Below are positions 1-10,464 of a stretch of DNA of 64,000 nt, one piece after another. Within the stretch, counting starts at the first letter, position 1. Each line of letters starts with the position of its first letter. The notes beneath the pieces are model-generated. The model did no database searches, was not told the DNA's origin, and worked only from the letters and a program-made list of their open reading frames with translations. Where the stretch lies: the NCBI GenBank assembly GCA_035491955.1, contig DATJJU010000001.1, forward strand, positions 393 through 64,392, in the 5' to 3' direction. Origin of the DNA: Minisyncoccota bacterium. Its GTDB lineage: Bacteria; Patescibacteriota; Minisyncoccia; Phycocordibacterales; UBA9973. Both the position numbers and the translations under genes were made by a program.

Positions 1-1496
1 TGATTCTGACCGCCAGAAAGTTTAACGGAATCTTTGAAGATACGATCAACTTTTTGATTGATGGTCTTAGGCAATTTTTCAACATAGTCCTTAAGGCCCA
101 CTCGTTCAAGTATCTGCCACATCTGGAAGTCGCTGCATTTATATCCGGGACGTGTTGCCAATATTGCTCCTCTGATAGTAGTCTTCAAAGTAGCAAAGTC
201 TTGAAACAACGCTCCGGTAATTGCCAGCAAACTTTCACACTGTATCAACCGTAGATCAATACCGTTTACGCGAATACTTCCTTCAGTGGGATCATAGAAT
301 CGTAATAGCAATAATGCGATAGTCGTCTTCCCTTCGCCGTTTTTTGCGATCAGTCCTACCGATTCACCTGCCTCAATACTGAAGCTTACTCCTTTTAATA
401 CATACTGCTCTGATCCCGGATATTTAAAATATACGTTATCAAATTCAATACGAGGAGTTTTAGTATCATCGATCTCAATAGCATCAACTGCATTTTGAAT
501 AGCAGGTACAGTATCCAGTATAAGGAAGAAGTCATCGGCTTTTTTTGTGCCAATCTGAAGATCTATCAGCGCGGTAGTAGCCTGATCAAGCCTTTGATAC
601 ATTGCAGCAGTACAAGAAAACACTATAAACATCGATCCAATAAGCAACTGATGGTGATAGACCTGTAGCGCTATTAAGAGGAACAAGCCTCCAGATATGG
701 AATAGAACCACATGTCTCCCCAGTAGCTGATAGAAGCAAAATGTTCATCAGCGCTGTACAGGAATGAATTCAATCGCGCGCGCAAACTATCAAACAAGTC
801 GAGATAATGATCTCGTGACCCATTAAGAATGGCTTCTTTTGTTGAAACATAGTTCGACAACGTGTTTTTGTATCGATTGACTTCATTCAGTCTTTTTTGC
901 TGTTTGTAATTTCTGGTTTTCCTTTTCCAGGTGAAATACATTCTTGGAACAACTGTTGCCACTATGATGAAAAAGTACCACCATCGAATAGTTGCAAGTG
1001 TTATGCCAGAAATAATGACGGTAATGATTGCCAGAGCAAGCCTTTGCTGAATATAAAAAATATCTATTGCAGCATTTTGATTTCTACTGGCGTCATCCAA
1101 TGCATCCTGTAGCTTGTGATTTTCTCTATCCTGCAAACCAAATTTCGCATATGATTTCCAGTACAGTCTTTCAATTTCCTCGCCAGATATTCTCCGAAAA
1201 CGCAAATCAAATTTTTGTATACGATATGACAACGTTCGCGGAACAATATTTGCCGCAATATTGAACAAGACAGCAATGACGAGCGGGACAGATGCAAATA
1301 TAGTTGCTTGTCCAGCCAGCTTATTAGTAATCTGGCTAAATGACCAAGAACTTAAAAGCCATCCCTGATTTAAGAAGCACGATACAATGAAGGAAAGGAT
1401 GAAGATTCTTCTATATCTTTTATTAGCCAATAAAAGACTGTTTGCCCGTTGAATAACTCTCCAACTGGACAACGCTTTCTGTCTTAATTTTCTCAT
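1..1496 (-). CDS. ABC exporter, fused permease/ATPase (3' end runs off window)
   Basis: Manual translation from ATG at 1496: TM region, then IEFDNVYFKYP, Walker A AKNGEGKTT, FYDPTEG, LSGGQ at window edge; TTGATT-N17-TATAAT upstream. Confidence 0.9.
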   Translation of the reverse strand, partial: MRKLRQKALSSWRVIQRANSLLLANKRYRRIFILSFIVSCFLNQGWLLSSWSFSQITNKLAGQATIFASVPLVIAVLFNIAANIVPRTLSYRIQKFDLRFRRISGEEIERLYWKSYAKFGLQDRENHKLQDALDDASRNQNAAIDIFYIQQRLALAIITVIISGITLATIRWWYFFIIVATVVPRMYFTWKRKTRNYKQQKRLNEVNRYKNTLSNYVSTKEAILNGSRDHYLDLFDSLRARLNSFLYSADEHFASISYWGDMWFYSISGGLFLLIALQVYHHQLLIGSMFIVFSCTAAMYQRLDQATTALIDLQIGTKKADDFFLILDTVPAIQNAVDAIEIDDTKTPRIEFDNVYFKYPGSEQYVLKGVSFSIEAGESVGLIAKNGEGKTTIALLLLRFYDPTEGSIRVNGIDLRLIQCESLLAITGALFQDFATLKTTIRGAILATRPGYKCSDFQMWQILERVGLKDYVEKLPKTINQKVDRIFKDSVKLSGGQN

Positions 1497-1608
1497 TTAT
1501 ATAGGATTTTTAAAGGTGAGTGATTTTCATCATTATAACATATATTTATATAAAAATCAATACCTCCTGTGCACTGCTTAGCAGCGCACAATGTAGTACA
1601 CTTACGTC

Positions 1609-1917
1609 ATGGAAATACCTGAAAATGGATTTTACTACCACTACAAACATGATGATGCGAAGGACTTCAATAACTACTCCTACGAAGTGACTGGCATAGG
1701 CCTTCACAGTGAAAATAAAGATGTATTTGTCATCTATCGCCCGCTCTATGAAATAGAAGATCTCGCGCAACCGATCTCCTTCGTCCGCCCTATCGAACTT
1801 TTTACCGACGAAGTGAAATACCACGACACGATTGTCCCCCACTTCACCAAAATCACCGATCCAGAATTGATTGCAAAATTAGAGGAAATTAAGAAAGAGA
1901 TGTATCTGCTATCTTAA
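1609..1917 (+). CDS. DUF1653-like protein
   Basis: GFYYHYK..YEV.G...HSE...VIYRPLY...VRP..F pattern; TACACT-6nt-ATG. Confidence 0.8.
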   Translation: MEIPENGFYYHYKHDDAKDFNNYSYEVTGIGLHSENKDVFVIYRPLYEIEDLAQPISFVRPIELFTDEVKYHDTIVPHFTKITDPELIAKLEEIKKEMYLLS

Positions 1918-2787
1918 TAACACCGTACTATAGCCATTTGCATTCTTTGTTTTAAAAGATTCATCGCGGCAAAGTTCATAGCAATACACTGGCATATATT
2001 CAATATCTTTAAATTGTTTCTTAAATAAATTAATAGCGCCCGCTATAGAGATCTTTTCGTATCCAAGCTTCTGAGCTATCTTCAATCTTTCTACAAATAC
2101 TTCTAGACCGAGCTGAGTGTAGCCCCGCAAGCACTTATTAAAGGCGCCGAGGCAAACATTGCCGTGCAGTGGCACTAATATTGTATACGCCACAAGTACC
2201 TCTCCGTCATAAAAACATTTTCCATAAAAATCCTTGTCGGTATAAAGTTCAAAAAATCGCTCGTCGTGATCCGTATGGCGGATAAATGTTTCGCTTCTTT
2301 CTGATTTTTGTGTAGACCATGTTTCCCAGAATGCCTTTAAATTTTTCTTGTCTTCTTCTGAAAAATCTTTTACTACAAGGGCAGTGTTATTTTTCAAGGC
2401 AGAATTATATTTTCTTCTAATACTGCCATCATTGAATTCCAAAGTTTTCTCAATAAATACAAACGCATCTTCTTCAATATTTTGATTTTCTTTTTCTGGG
2501 TTAATGACCAACTCGTTGTAAGCAATATAAGGCGGATTAAATTCTTTTTTCAAAAATTCAACGACTTCATCAGGAAATTCTTTAAAGAGAAATCGTAACT
2601 CTTTAGTTCCCTCTTTTTGAATGAAGATATATTTTTCACTCTTATCTTGGACCCCATAGACACAGAATCCTGGCTTATTCAGAAAGGTATTCAACATAAT
2701 AGGTGAAGCAAAAAACGTATTAGCCAAAGAAACTCCGTTTAAATAATCGGAGATTTTTTGATGATTATCCAAATGCAGGAGTTCCAT
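1909..2787 (-). CDS. GNAT-fold protein (DUF2156/aminoacyl-transferase-like)
   Basis: 292-aa ORF; C-terminal AFNKCLRGYTQLG...LGYEKI...FKKQF resembles GNAT/DUF2156. Confidence 0.45.
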   Translation of the reverse strand: MELLHLDNHQKISDYLNGVSLANTFFASPIMLNTFLNKPGFCVYGVQDKSEKYIFIQKEGTKELRFLFKEFPDEVVEFLKKEFNPPYIAYNELVINPEKENQNIEEDAFVFIEKTLEFNDGSIRRKYNSALKNNTALVVKDFSEEDKKNLKAFWETWSTQKSERSETFIRHTDHDERFFELYTDKDFYGKCFYDGEVLVAYTILVPLHGNVCLGAFNKCLRGYTQLGLEVFVERLKIAQKLGYEKISIAGAINLFKKQFKDIEYMPVYCYELCRDESFKTKNANGYSTVLLR

Positions 2788-2788
2788 A

Positions 2789-3757
2789 TTACTCGGTTAG
2801 CCCTAACGCCTCGTACACATCAAACATTTTTTTCATAGCAATGTCGTTGGCTTTGAGCGCACCGTTGACCAGGATTTCTTGGACAAGCTTAGGATTTTTT
2901 TCGAAGTGAGCACGGCGTTCGCGCATAGGAGTGACGAAGGTGATGATGTCGTCGATTAATTTCTTTTTTGCATCGCCGTAGCCGAGACCCTTAGCGTACT
3001 GTGCTTTTAGCTCTGGCGAAGGATTGAAGAATTTATGAATCTGATAAATGATAAGCTCGTCAGGATTCTTCTCTTCTTCTGGTCCGCGAGAGTCTGTCGT
3101 AATACTCATGACTGCTTTTTTGATTTCTTCGTCAGTAGCGAAAAGCGGGATAGTGTTGTTATAGCTCTTAGACATTTTCTGTCCGTCAGTACCAGGAATA
3201 ACTTCTACTGCTTCGAGGATCATTTCGTTTGGCATTTTAAAGTGTTCGCCATATTGATTGTTGAACTTCCCTGCTATGTCGCGTGCGTATTCGACGTGCT
3301 GCTTCTGATCTTTCCCTACCGGTACGACATCGGTATCGTAGATAAGAATATCTGCAGCCATCAATACTGGATAATCAAACGTACCGACATTTACATCGCT
3401 TTTCTTCGCCTCTGCATCCTTGAAGGCATGTGCGCGCATAAGATACGAAACTGATACAAAATTATTGAAGACCCACGCAATATTGGCATGTGCAGGCACA
3501 TCTGACTGTTTGAATAATGTTACTTTCGCTGGATCAAGTCCGGCACCCAAATAATCCAAAACCAGATTGTGTGTGTCTTCTATCATTGAATCTTTTGAAG
3601 GCAAGCCAGTCAATGCATGCAGGTTGGCCACAAAAACAAATGTATCGTGAGAGTCCTGCAAATCAACAAATTGCTTCAATGCTCCGAAATAGTTGCCAAT
3701 ATGAATTCTGCCTGTTGGCTTTATTCCAGAGAGCAGACGAGGTTTTGGGGATTTCAT
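2789..3757 (-). CDS. trpS: Tryptophanyl-tRNA synthetase
   Basis: SGIKPTG, HIGN, YPVLMAADIL, KMSKS; start reset to MKSPKP. Confidence 0.97.
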   Translation of the reverse strand: MKSPKPRLLSGIKPTGRIHIGNYFGALKQFVDLQDSHDTFVFVANLHALTGLPSKDSMIEDTHNLVLDYLGAGLDPAKVTLFKQSDVPAHANIAWVFNNFVSVSYLMRAHAFKDAEAKKSDVNVGTFDYPVLMAADILIYDTDVVPVGKDQKQHVEYARDIAGKFNNQYGEHFKMPNEMILEAVEVIPGTDGQKMSKSYNNTIPLFATDEEIKKAVMSITTDSRGPEEEKNPDELIIYQIHKFFNPSPELKAQYAKGLGYGDAKKKLIDDIITFVTPMRERRAHFEKNPKLVQEILVNGALKANDIAMKKMFDVYEALGLTE

Positions 3758-3838
3758 GTGGATATAATACAACAAAATAAGGCTCTGTGGAAAGGCGTCC
3801 TATTTTTTATCAAGAAAAAATTAGTATACAATAACGGT

Positions 3839-5224
3839 ATGGTAAAGCAGTCAGGACCAGGTAATAACTTGCGCATTCCTCCTCACGATTTGGAGGCTGA
3901 ACAAGCCGTCCTAGGTGCGCTGATGCTTCGTCCTTCTGCTATTCACGATATCATCGATCTTATCGTGCCTGAGATGTTCTATGCTCGCAAGCACAGCATT
4001 CTCTTCAAGACTATCTTGGAGCTTTCTAATAAAAATGAGCCGATTGATGTTCTCTCTGTCGCTTCTCGTCTCAAAGAAAAGAAACACCTCGATGAAATCG
4101 GTGGTAACGCTTACTTGAACGAATTGATGGGCAATGTCCCTTCTACTGTGAACATCCGTCACTACGCTGATATCGTATACAAGAAATATGTTTTGCGTTC
4201 TCTTATCGATGCATCAGAAAATATTTCTACCGTTGCCTATGATCAAAATGACATGGATGTAGCAGACATCATGGATACGGCAGAAAAAGCGATCTTTCGT
4301 ATTTCATCAGGCATGAATGTGAAGAATGCCTTCGTTTCTATCAAAAGCTCTTTGATGGCGACAATGGAAGAGACTATTAAGCTTCATGAGAACAAGGAAG
4401 AAATTCGCGGCGTACCGACTGGTTATGCCGATCTCGACAGTCTCACAGCAGGTTTGCAAAAGTCAGACCTTATTATTCTGGCAGCTCGTCCTAGTATGGG
4501 TAAGACAACCTTCGCTCTTGATATGGCCCGCAATGTAGCGCTCGCCGGCATTCCTGTTGGCATCTTCTCTTTGGAAATGAGCGCGCAACAGCTGGTACAG
4601 CGCATGCTCTCTGCTGAGAGTCGCGTGGATGCGTGGAGTATTCGCACAGGTCATGGCCTGACAGCGCAGCACTTCACTGCCCTTCAAGAAGCAGCCAGCC
4701 GTTTGCAAAAGGCTCCTATCTATATTGATGACCAAGCCGGCAACTCAATCGTTAAAATGCGCTCTGTAGCGCGCCGCTTGAAGAGCGAGCACGGCCTTGG
4801 ACTTATTGTAGTGGACTACTTGCAGCTTATGACTACTAGTAAAAACTATGACAGTATGGTCAATCAAGTGACTGAGATCTCTCGCTCATTGAAACAGCTC
4901 GCTCGTGAGCTTGATGTGCCAGTACTTGCATTGTCACAGCTTTCTCGTGCAGTGGAGTCACGCGGCGGACGCCCTCGCCTTTCAGACCTCCGCGACTCCG
5001 GCTCTATTGAACAAGATGCCGACATGGTCATGTTCATTCACCGTGAAGATCGCTACAAGGAGCAGCACGAAAAGGACAATATCACTGAGATATTGATTGA
5101 GAAGCACCGTAACGGTCCAGTAGGCATGGTTCAGCTTCTGTTTGACGGCAAGACTACTTCATTCTTGAACATGGACAAAGCGCACATGCCTGCCCCAAAA
5201 GCAACCTCACTAGAAGATTTCTAA
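3839..5224 (+). CDS. dnaB: Replicative DNA helicase
   Basis: PPHDLEAEQAVLG, AARPSMGKT, VDYLQLM, SDLRDSGSIEQDAD; start reset to MVKQ after TACAAT. Confidence 0.97.
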   Translation: MVKQSGPGNNLRIPPHDLEAEQAVLGALMLRPSAIHDIIDLIVPEMFYARKHSILFKTILELSNKNEPIDVLSVASRLKEKKHLDEIGGNAYLNELMGNVPSTVNIRHYADIVYKKYVLRSLIDASENISTVAYDQNDMDVADIMDTAEKAIFRISSGMNVKNAFVSIKSSLMATMEETIKLHENKEEIRGVPTGYADLDSLTAGLQKSDLIILAARPSMGKTTFALDMARNVALAGIPVGIFSLEMSAQQLVQRMLSAESRVDAWSIRTGHGLTAQHFTALQEAASRLQKAPIYIDDQAGNSIVKMRSVARRLKSEHGLGLIVVDYLQLMTTSKNYDSMVNQVTEISRSLKQLARELDVPVLALSQLSRAVESRGGRPRLSDLRDSGSIEQDADMVMFIHREDRYKEQHEKDNITEILIEKHRNGPVGMVQLLFDGKTTSFLNMDKAHMPAPKATSLEDF

Positions 5225-5225
5225 T

Positions 5226-5834
5226 ATGAATAATGACTCTGTTGATCGGCTCGCGAAGCTATTTCTAAAATTCCCCGGCATTGGCGAGCGTCAAGCTCGT
5301 CGTTTTGCATACTTTATTCTTACGCAGCAAGAAGGCTACGTTGATTCTCTTTCTCGCGCACTGGTATCGGCCCGCAAAAATGCCAACCACTGCAGCAAGT
5401 GTTTGCGTATCTTCGAAGGCAATCCGGGGCTCTGCCAAATATGCAGCGACGAGAGCCGTGATCAAAGCAGTATTATCGTTGTAGAAAAAAGCCAAGATAT
5501 TGAGAGCTTTGCTCGCACTGACTATCACGGACTTTTCTTCGTTCTTGGCGGACTTATTCCTATTGTACAAAAAGATATTATCCAAGGTACTAATGCACAG
5601 AAACTTATTGATCGCATCCAACACGACAGTGCCCAAGGCATATTAAAAGAAACCATCTTGGCATTTCCTATTACACCAAATGGTGAGCATACCGACGGTG
5701 CAGTTCGCGAACTACTCTCTCCTATTGCTGTAAATTTAAAAATCACCTCTCTTGGCCGCGGACTTTCTACCGGCGCAGAGCTGGAGTATGCAGACCCTGC
5801 TTCTTTGGAAGCCTCCCTTAAGAAGCGTGAATAG
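5226..5834 (+). CDS. recR: Recombination mediator RecR
   Basis: PGIGERQARR HhH, C4 zinc finger, Toprim, GAELEYAD. Confidence 0.95.
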   Translation: MNNDSVDRLAKLFLKFPGIGERQARRFAYFILTQQEGYVDSLSRALVSARKNANHCSKCLRIFEGNPGLCQICSDESRDQSSIIVVEKSQDIESFARTDYHGLFFVLGGLIPIVQKDIIQGTNAQKLIDRIQHDSAQGILKETILAFPITPNGEHTDGAVRELLSPIAVNLKITSLGRGLSTGAELEYADPASLEASLKKRE

Positions 5835-6438
5835 TACGGTAATGCGTATCAAGAGCACGATAGAGCCGCGCGAAGAGCATCATTACTAATGGGTATGCGA
5901 CGAGCAAGCCGACAAAGAGTGCGATAAGGCCAGCAATGAGAAGCACTACTGCCATAAGCAGAGTAAGCACAACCACCCAGAAGATATTTCCTTTTACCAT
6001 GTGCCAAGAATCCTCCAATGATTTTTTTACACTTCCCTGATGATCGAGATAGCTGAAACGAGCAAGGCTGAGGCGCACTGCAAAGTACAGCCCCGGAATA
6101 ATAAGCAACACTAAACCGACAATGATGATAAGCATTGAAATAATACTAATCGCAATGATCATGAGGAATTGTCGGAAATTCGGCATGTGTATAGAAAGAG
6201 ATTTGAAGGTAAGCAGGTCTTCTTTGCCATCCGCGCTTGCTAATGCCACGCTCATCCAAACATATCCCCAGATTACTTGAGCAATGATGACAATGATAGA
6301 AAGCCAGGCACGATGATGACTATTGAAAGATCCGAGAATCATCACAACGAGTGCCATAATAGCGAAAAACCATGGGTGTTGCCAAAAATCGTGCCATGAT
6401 TCGCGCACTGCGTTCTTGATAGAAAAATGAAATTTCAT
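5818..6438 (-). CDS. Multi-pass membrane protein (DUF975-like)
   Basis: Hydrophobic helices; LLIIPG.Y..R...SL..SW..VKG pattern. Confidence 0.6.
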   Translation of the reverse strand: MKFHFSIKNAVRESWHDFWQHPWFFAIMALVVMILGSFNSHHRAWLSIIVIIAQVIWGYVWMSVALASADGKEDLLTFKSLSIHMPNFRQFLMIIAISIISMLIIIVGLVLLIIPGLYFAVRLSLARFSYLDHQGSVKKSLEDSWHMVKGNIFWVVVLTLLMAVVLLIAGLIALFVGLLVAYPLVMMLFARLYRALDTHYRTIHAS

Positions 6439-6448
6439 AAATAGATGA

Positions 6449-8161
6449 TTAGCGATCCGGTGGGATACTGTAATAATTCTCTAGGAATTGTATCATATTG
6501 AAGAATGGATCACCCAATGTCTGGATGGAGTAGAGGATATTTTTTGGGTAATAGTTATAGAAATAGAGCATGAAGCGCGGATTGGTTGCTGGGAAAAAGC
6601 CAATCATGGAGTGCAGATTTCGATCGTTGTAGTAGCCCGCGCCGCCCGGCATAGCAATCTGGGCAGTACCAGTCTTGGCTGCTACCGTATAGTGCGCCTG
6701 ACCTCGATGATAGCCATCGTCCACTACGTGTGTAAGCATGGTAGTCATAGTCGCAAGCGTTTGCGGGCTTAGCAGCGGCTCAGGAGATTTTGGATAGGTC
6801 AACGTCTTCACTGTACCGTCTTCCTGATCAATGGCCGTAGCAAGATGCGGCGTGACAAGATAGCCTCCGTTAGCAAGCAGTGACCAGCTGCGCACAATAC
6901 TGATCGGCGTGGTGGCAATGCCTTGACCAAAGGCAGCGGTAGCGAAGTTTACATTATTGTTCCCTTTCAAGCTGCTCATCAAGCCGCTGACTTCGCCTGG
7001 CAAATCAATACCGGTCTTTTGTCCCAATTCATATTTATCTATGTACTGTTTGAACAATGCATTGCCCATATGTTGCTCAACGTAGATCATACCCGTATTC
7101 AATGAGTCATTGAGCACTGTTTGCATCGTAGTACCAGGACCTCGTCCTACTTTATCGAAGTTTGAAATCTTAGCATTGTTCACCACTACAAACCCTTGGT
7201 CATTATATGTTGTTTGCGGAGTAACGACATGGTTTTCAATAGCTGCTCCCATGATAAGCGGCTTGATGATTGATCCCATCTCGAAATCGCTTTGAACAAG
7301 AGGGTTGGAATAAATGCCGACATCACTCTGTCCAGAGTAATTATTGAGATCGAATGACGGTACTTGCGCCATAGCAATGATCTCACCGGTATACGGATCC
7401 ATAACGATAGCTCCCACAGACTGACTGGACCATTTTTGCTGAATGCCCGCCACTGTCTGCTCCAGCTGAGCCTGGACCGTTGGCTCAATCGATGTCACGA
7501 CATCACCAGTCGACGTATTGTTTTTGAAAATTGATGATTGGATATTGGCAAAAATCTCTGCAAAGAAGTTTACATAGAACTGACTGTTGCTTCGGGACAA
7601 CACATCGTTGTAGTACTGCTCAAGGCCGTAATTGCCCACAAGATTGTTTCCTTTGAACGATACGAAGCCGATGGCTTTGGCAGCAAGCGAGCCGCCCGGA
7701 TAGTAGCGCCACTTATCGGCATAGAGTGTTAGCCCAGGAATTTTATCAGCAGACAGTGCTGCTCCTTGATCAGGGCTGAGGTGTTGTGCCACTTCTTCGT
7801 AGGGATCTTGTTTTTTAGCGACACTGGCAAGAAATGAAGCCTGGTCGACGGGAATTATTGCATTGATTTCATCAAAGGCTTTTTGAGGATCCACTACTTC
7901 GCTTGGACGGACAGCAGCCTTGAAGCCGTCCTGAACAGTAGCAGCCGCAACAGTAGTACCATCTTTGCTGGTGAAATAAATAGTGCCTCTATCAAAAATA
8001 TTAGTAGAAGGCGTAACGTATTGACGTTCTGCACGCTGACGATAGTCACCGACATGAATGATCTGTAAATAAAAAAGTCGAACAACAATCAAAGCGCCGA
8101 GAAAAGTCACGGCGGCCATGATGATCCGTATTCTCTGACGATGGATGTTACTGTCCGACAT
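6449..8161 (-). CDS. ftsI: Class B penicillin-binding protein (FtsI/PBP3)
   Basis: SIIK, SLN and KTG motifs; position after mraZ-rsmH. Confidence 0.9.
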   Translation of the reverse strand: MSDSNIHRQRIRIIMAAVTFLGALIVVRLFYLQIIHVGDYRQRAERQYVTPSTNIFDRGTIYFTSKDGTTVAAATVQDGFKAAVRPSEVVDPQKAFDEINAIIPVDQASFLASVAKKQDPYEEVAQHLSPDQGAALSADKIPGLTLYADKWRYYPGGSLAAKAIGFVSFKGNNLVGNYGLEQYYNDVLSRSNSQFYVNFFAEIFANIQSSIFKNNTSTGDVVTSIEPTVQAQLEQTVAGIQQKWSSQSVGAIVMDPYTGEIIAMAQVPSFDLNNYSGQSDVGIYSNPLVQSDFEMGSIIKPLIMGAAIENHVVTPQTTYNDQGFVVVNNAKISNFDKVGRGPGTTMQTVLNDSLNTGMIYVEQHMGNALFKQYIDKYELGQKTGIDLPGEVSGLMSSLKGNNNVNFATAAFGQGIATTPISIVRSWSLLANGGYLVTPHLATAIDQEDGTVKTLTYPKSPEPLLSPQTLATMTTMLTHVVDDGYHRGQAHYTVAAKTGTAQIAMPGGAGYYNDRNLHSMIGFFPATNPRFMLYFYNYYPKNILYSIQTLGDPFFNMIQFLENYYSIPPDR

Positions 8162-8489
8162 TCCAGGCAAGAGCAGGCTTTGCAGTAGCAAATGCTACGG
8201 CAGTACCCTTTACCAGGCCAATACTATTGGCATAGTCCTGAGTAAGGTTTTGCTGGGATTGAAGATAGATGCGTTCTTGGGTACTCATAGTAGAAGCCAG
8301 TGCTCTATTCGCTCGTTCAAGTGCCTGCTGATTAATAACTGAAAATGTGATTGCTCCGACGAAATAACTATAACACAAAAAGAGTGCTCCCGTGCTGATC
8401 CACGCATAGCGAGTAACCAGACGAAGTGTCGTATTGATGTCGTTTGACATTGCTACTGATTCAAATTTATTTCGGAGGGCGGTGATCAT
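8148..8489 (-). CDS. FtsL-like membrane/coiled-coil protein
   Basis: One TM plus coiled coil, between rsmH and ftsI. Confidence 0.55.
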   Translation of the reverse strand: MITALRNKFESVAMSNDINTTLRLVTRYAWISTGALFLCYSYFVGAITFSVINQQALERANRALASTMSTQERIYLQSQQNLTQDYANSIGLVKGTAVAFATAKPALAWNVGQ

Positions 8490-8494
8490 ACTAC

Positions 8495-9376
8495 TTATAG
8501 TTTTTCGATGGTACGGAGCTTGGCGCTTCTTGATCGAGGGTTAGTTGATAATTCTTCTTGCGATGGAGGAGTTGGTTTTTTAGTGATAACGCGTCCTTGG
8601 GATTGGTTTTTCATCCATTGTTTAACGATTCTGTCTTCGAGGCTGTGAAAAGTAATGATGCTGATGCGGCCATGCGTGTTGAGAACATTCCACCAGGCGT
8701 TCAGAGATTCTTCCAAAGTACCGAGCTCATCATTGACCGCAATGCGCAAGGCTTGGAAAGTCTTCGTGGCAGGGTGAATGCGGCCTCGGCGCGGTATAGC
8801 AGTACTAATAATGTCTGCAAGCTGCGCTGAGGTAGCGATGGGACCATGTGCCCGAGCTTCGATAATAGCCTTGGCGATTTTGCGAGACTTCGGCTCTTCG
8901 CCGTATCCGTAAATAACATTGGCGATGGATTCTTCTTGCCAGCTATTGACGATGTCATAGGCATTGAAGCCAGTGTGCGAACCTTGCTCAGAGAATGTCA
9001 TTGCCAAAGGAGTATCGCTTTGGAATGAGAAGCCTCGAGTATCGTCTAAGAGTTGGAAAGTGCTCGTGCCAAGATCAAGCAATACTTTGTCTACACCGTT
9101 CACATTGGCTGCACTGATGATGGTAGTAGCGTCTTTGAAGTTGGAATGGACAAAGATTGCATGGTTCTTGCCTTTGAAGAGGTCCGCGAAGCGCTGTTGT
9201 GCTCCTTCATCCAAATCAACGCAGATAAGCGTGCCTTTTGGAATGAGATCGTACAGCACCGTGCTATGCCCTCCTCCTCCGAACGTACCGTCAACGATAA
9301 TATCGTTGGGTTGTACGGACAGAGAGTCGACAGATTCGTGTAAAAGAACGGAAATATGGCTGACTGCTGATTTCAT
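8495..9376 (-). CDS. rsmH: 16S rRNA m4C1402 methyltransferase
   Basis: HISVLL, DGTFGGGGH, DLGTS, FHSLEDR, NPRSRSAKLR. Confidence 0.97.
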   Translation of the reverse strand: MKSAVSHISVLLHESVDSLSVQPNDIIVDGTFGGGGHSTVLYDLIPKGTLICVDLDEGAQQRFADLFKGKNHAIFVHSNFKDATTIISAANVNGVDKVLLDLGTSTFQLLDDTRGFSFQSDTPLAMTFSEQGSHTGFNAYDIVNSWQEESIANVIYGYGEEPKSRKIAKAIIEARAHGPIATSAQLADIISTAIPRRGRIHPATKTFQALRIAVNDELGTLEESLNAWWNVLNTHGRISIITFHSLEDRIVKQWMKNQSQGRVITKKPTPPSQEELSTNPRSRSAKLRTIEKL

Positions 9377-9377
9377 A

Positions 9378-9812
9378 TTAGAGTACGCCGATTGATCCCA
9401 AGCGTTCTGCTAATGTGTCAGCATTTGCCTCTACTTGGCGTTTGTATTTCTGCCAAGTAGGCTCGTCCCAAAGTTCAAGACGACTATACACGCCGATGAC
9501 TGCGACTTTCTCTTTAATACCTGCACGTTCCTTGAGGAAGTCAGGCAACAAGATGCGGCCATTGGCATCAACTGAGACTTCCGTTGCGCCACCCAAGAAG
9601 TATCGGCTGAAACTTCTGGTATCAGATTGAAGCATTGAACCTTCTGCAAGCTGCTCGGCTTTCTTTTTCCATTCAGCTGCAGTGAAGACAAACAATGACT
9701 TCTCTAATCCTGGCGCCACAACTACCGTCTTTCCCATTTCCTTGCGAAATTTGACTGGCAATGACAGTCGGTTTTTTTCATCTATATTGTGTGTATATTC
9801 GCCGATTAACAT
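9378..9812 (-). CDS. mraZ: Transcriptional regulator MraZ
   Basis: MLIGEYTHNIDEKNRL, DANGRILLP, LELWD. Confidence 0.95.
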   Translation of the reverse strand: MLIGEYTHNIDEKNRLSLPVKFRKEMGKTVVVAPGLEKSLFVFTAAEWKKKAEQLAEGSMLQSDTRSFSRYFLGGATEVSVDANGRILLPDFLKERAGIKEKVAVIGVYSRLELWDEPTWQKYKRQVEANADTLAERLGSIGVL

Positions 9813-9820
9813 GTTTCTTA

Positions 9821-9874
9821 CATTTACCACTTTCTCCCACTTAGTACCATTTTACCCCACTTCATTCCCCTCCC
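9821..9874 (-). promoter_or_regulatory. MraZ-binding repeats
   Basis: Minus strand AAGTGGGGTA AAATGGTACT AAGTGGGAGA AAGTGGTAAA: TGG cores at 10-bp period upstream of mraZ. Confidence 0.75.
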
Positions 9875-9887
9875 GCAAACAAGTTGG

Positions 9888-9896
9888 TGTGGATAA
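9888..9896 (-). promoter_or_regulatory. Perfect DnaA box upstream of mraZ
   Basis: TTATCCACA on minus strand. Confidence 0.45.
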
Positions 9897-9935
9897 ACCG
9901 AAAAAACAGCAGTTGGAAACACTACTGAGAAAAGT

Positions 9936-9970
9936 CAAAAGGGCGCGCCACTACGTGGCGCGCCCTTTTG
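9936..9970. terminator. Intrinsic terminator after greA
   Basis: CAAAAGGGCGCGCCAC-TAC-GTGGCGCGCCCTTTTG. Confidence 0.8.
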
Positions 9971-9979
9971 TTATTGTTT

Positions 9980-10438
9980 TTACGAAACACTAATGACTTC
10001 GTATTCCATATCTCCCTTCGGAGTGCTGACAGTGATACTGTCCCCTTTCTTTTTACCATTAAGGGCTGCACCGATCGGCGACTTGTAAGAAATCTTGCCA
10101 GAGAGCATATCAGTTTCTTCGCTGCCGACAATAGTAAATGTGCGAGTGTTTGATTCGCCCTGCTTTTGAATCACCACAGTAGCGCCAACGCCGACAATAC
10201 CGTCAGACGATCGGTCAACAACTTCTGCATGCTTCAAAATATTTTCGATCACGGCAATGCGCTCTTCAAGCTTACCTTGTTCTTCACGAGCGATATGGTA
10301 TTCAGCGTTTTCAGAAAGATCGCCAAGTGACTTGGCATATTCGATAGCTGAAATAATTTCCTTGCGCTTCACAGTTGTTAGTTGCTTGTGCTCTGCTTCA
10401 AGTGCTTCTTTATTTTCTTTGGTCAGATATTCCTTCAT
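9980..10438 (-). CDS. greA: Transcription elongation factor GreA
   Basis: GDLSENAEY, ISYKSPIG. Confidence 0.97.
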   Translation of the reverse strand: MKEYLTKENKEALEAEHKQLTTVKRKEIISAIEYAKSLGDLSENAEYHIAREEQGKLEERIAVIENILKHAEVVDRSSDGIVGVGATVVIQKQGESNTRTFTIVGSEETDMLSGKISYKSPIGAALNGKKKGDSITVSTPKGDMEYEVISVS

Positions 10439-10464
10439 TAGTTCAATACTATACTACCCCTCGC

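Noticed and set aside
897-1297. Short ORFs suggesting a broken ABC gene
   Set aside because: Manual translation shows a continuous minus-strand frame from 1496 to the window edge; the short ORFs are shadows.
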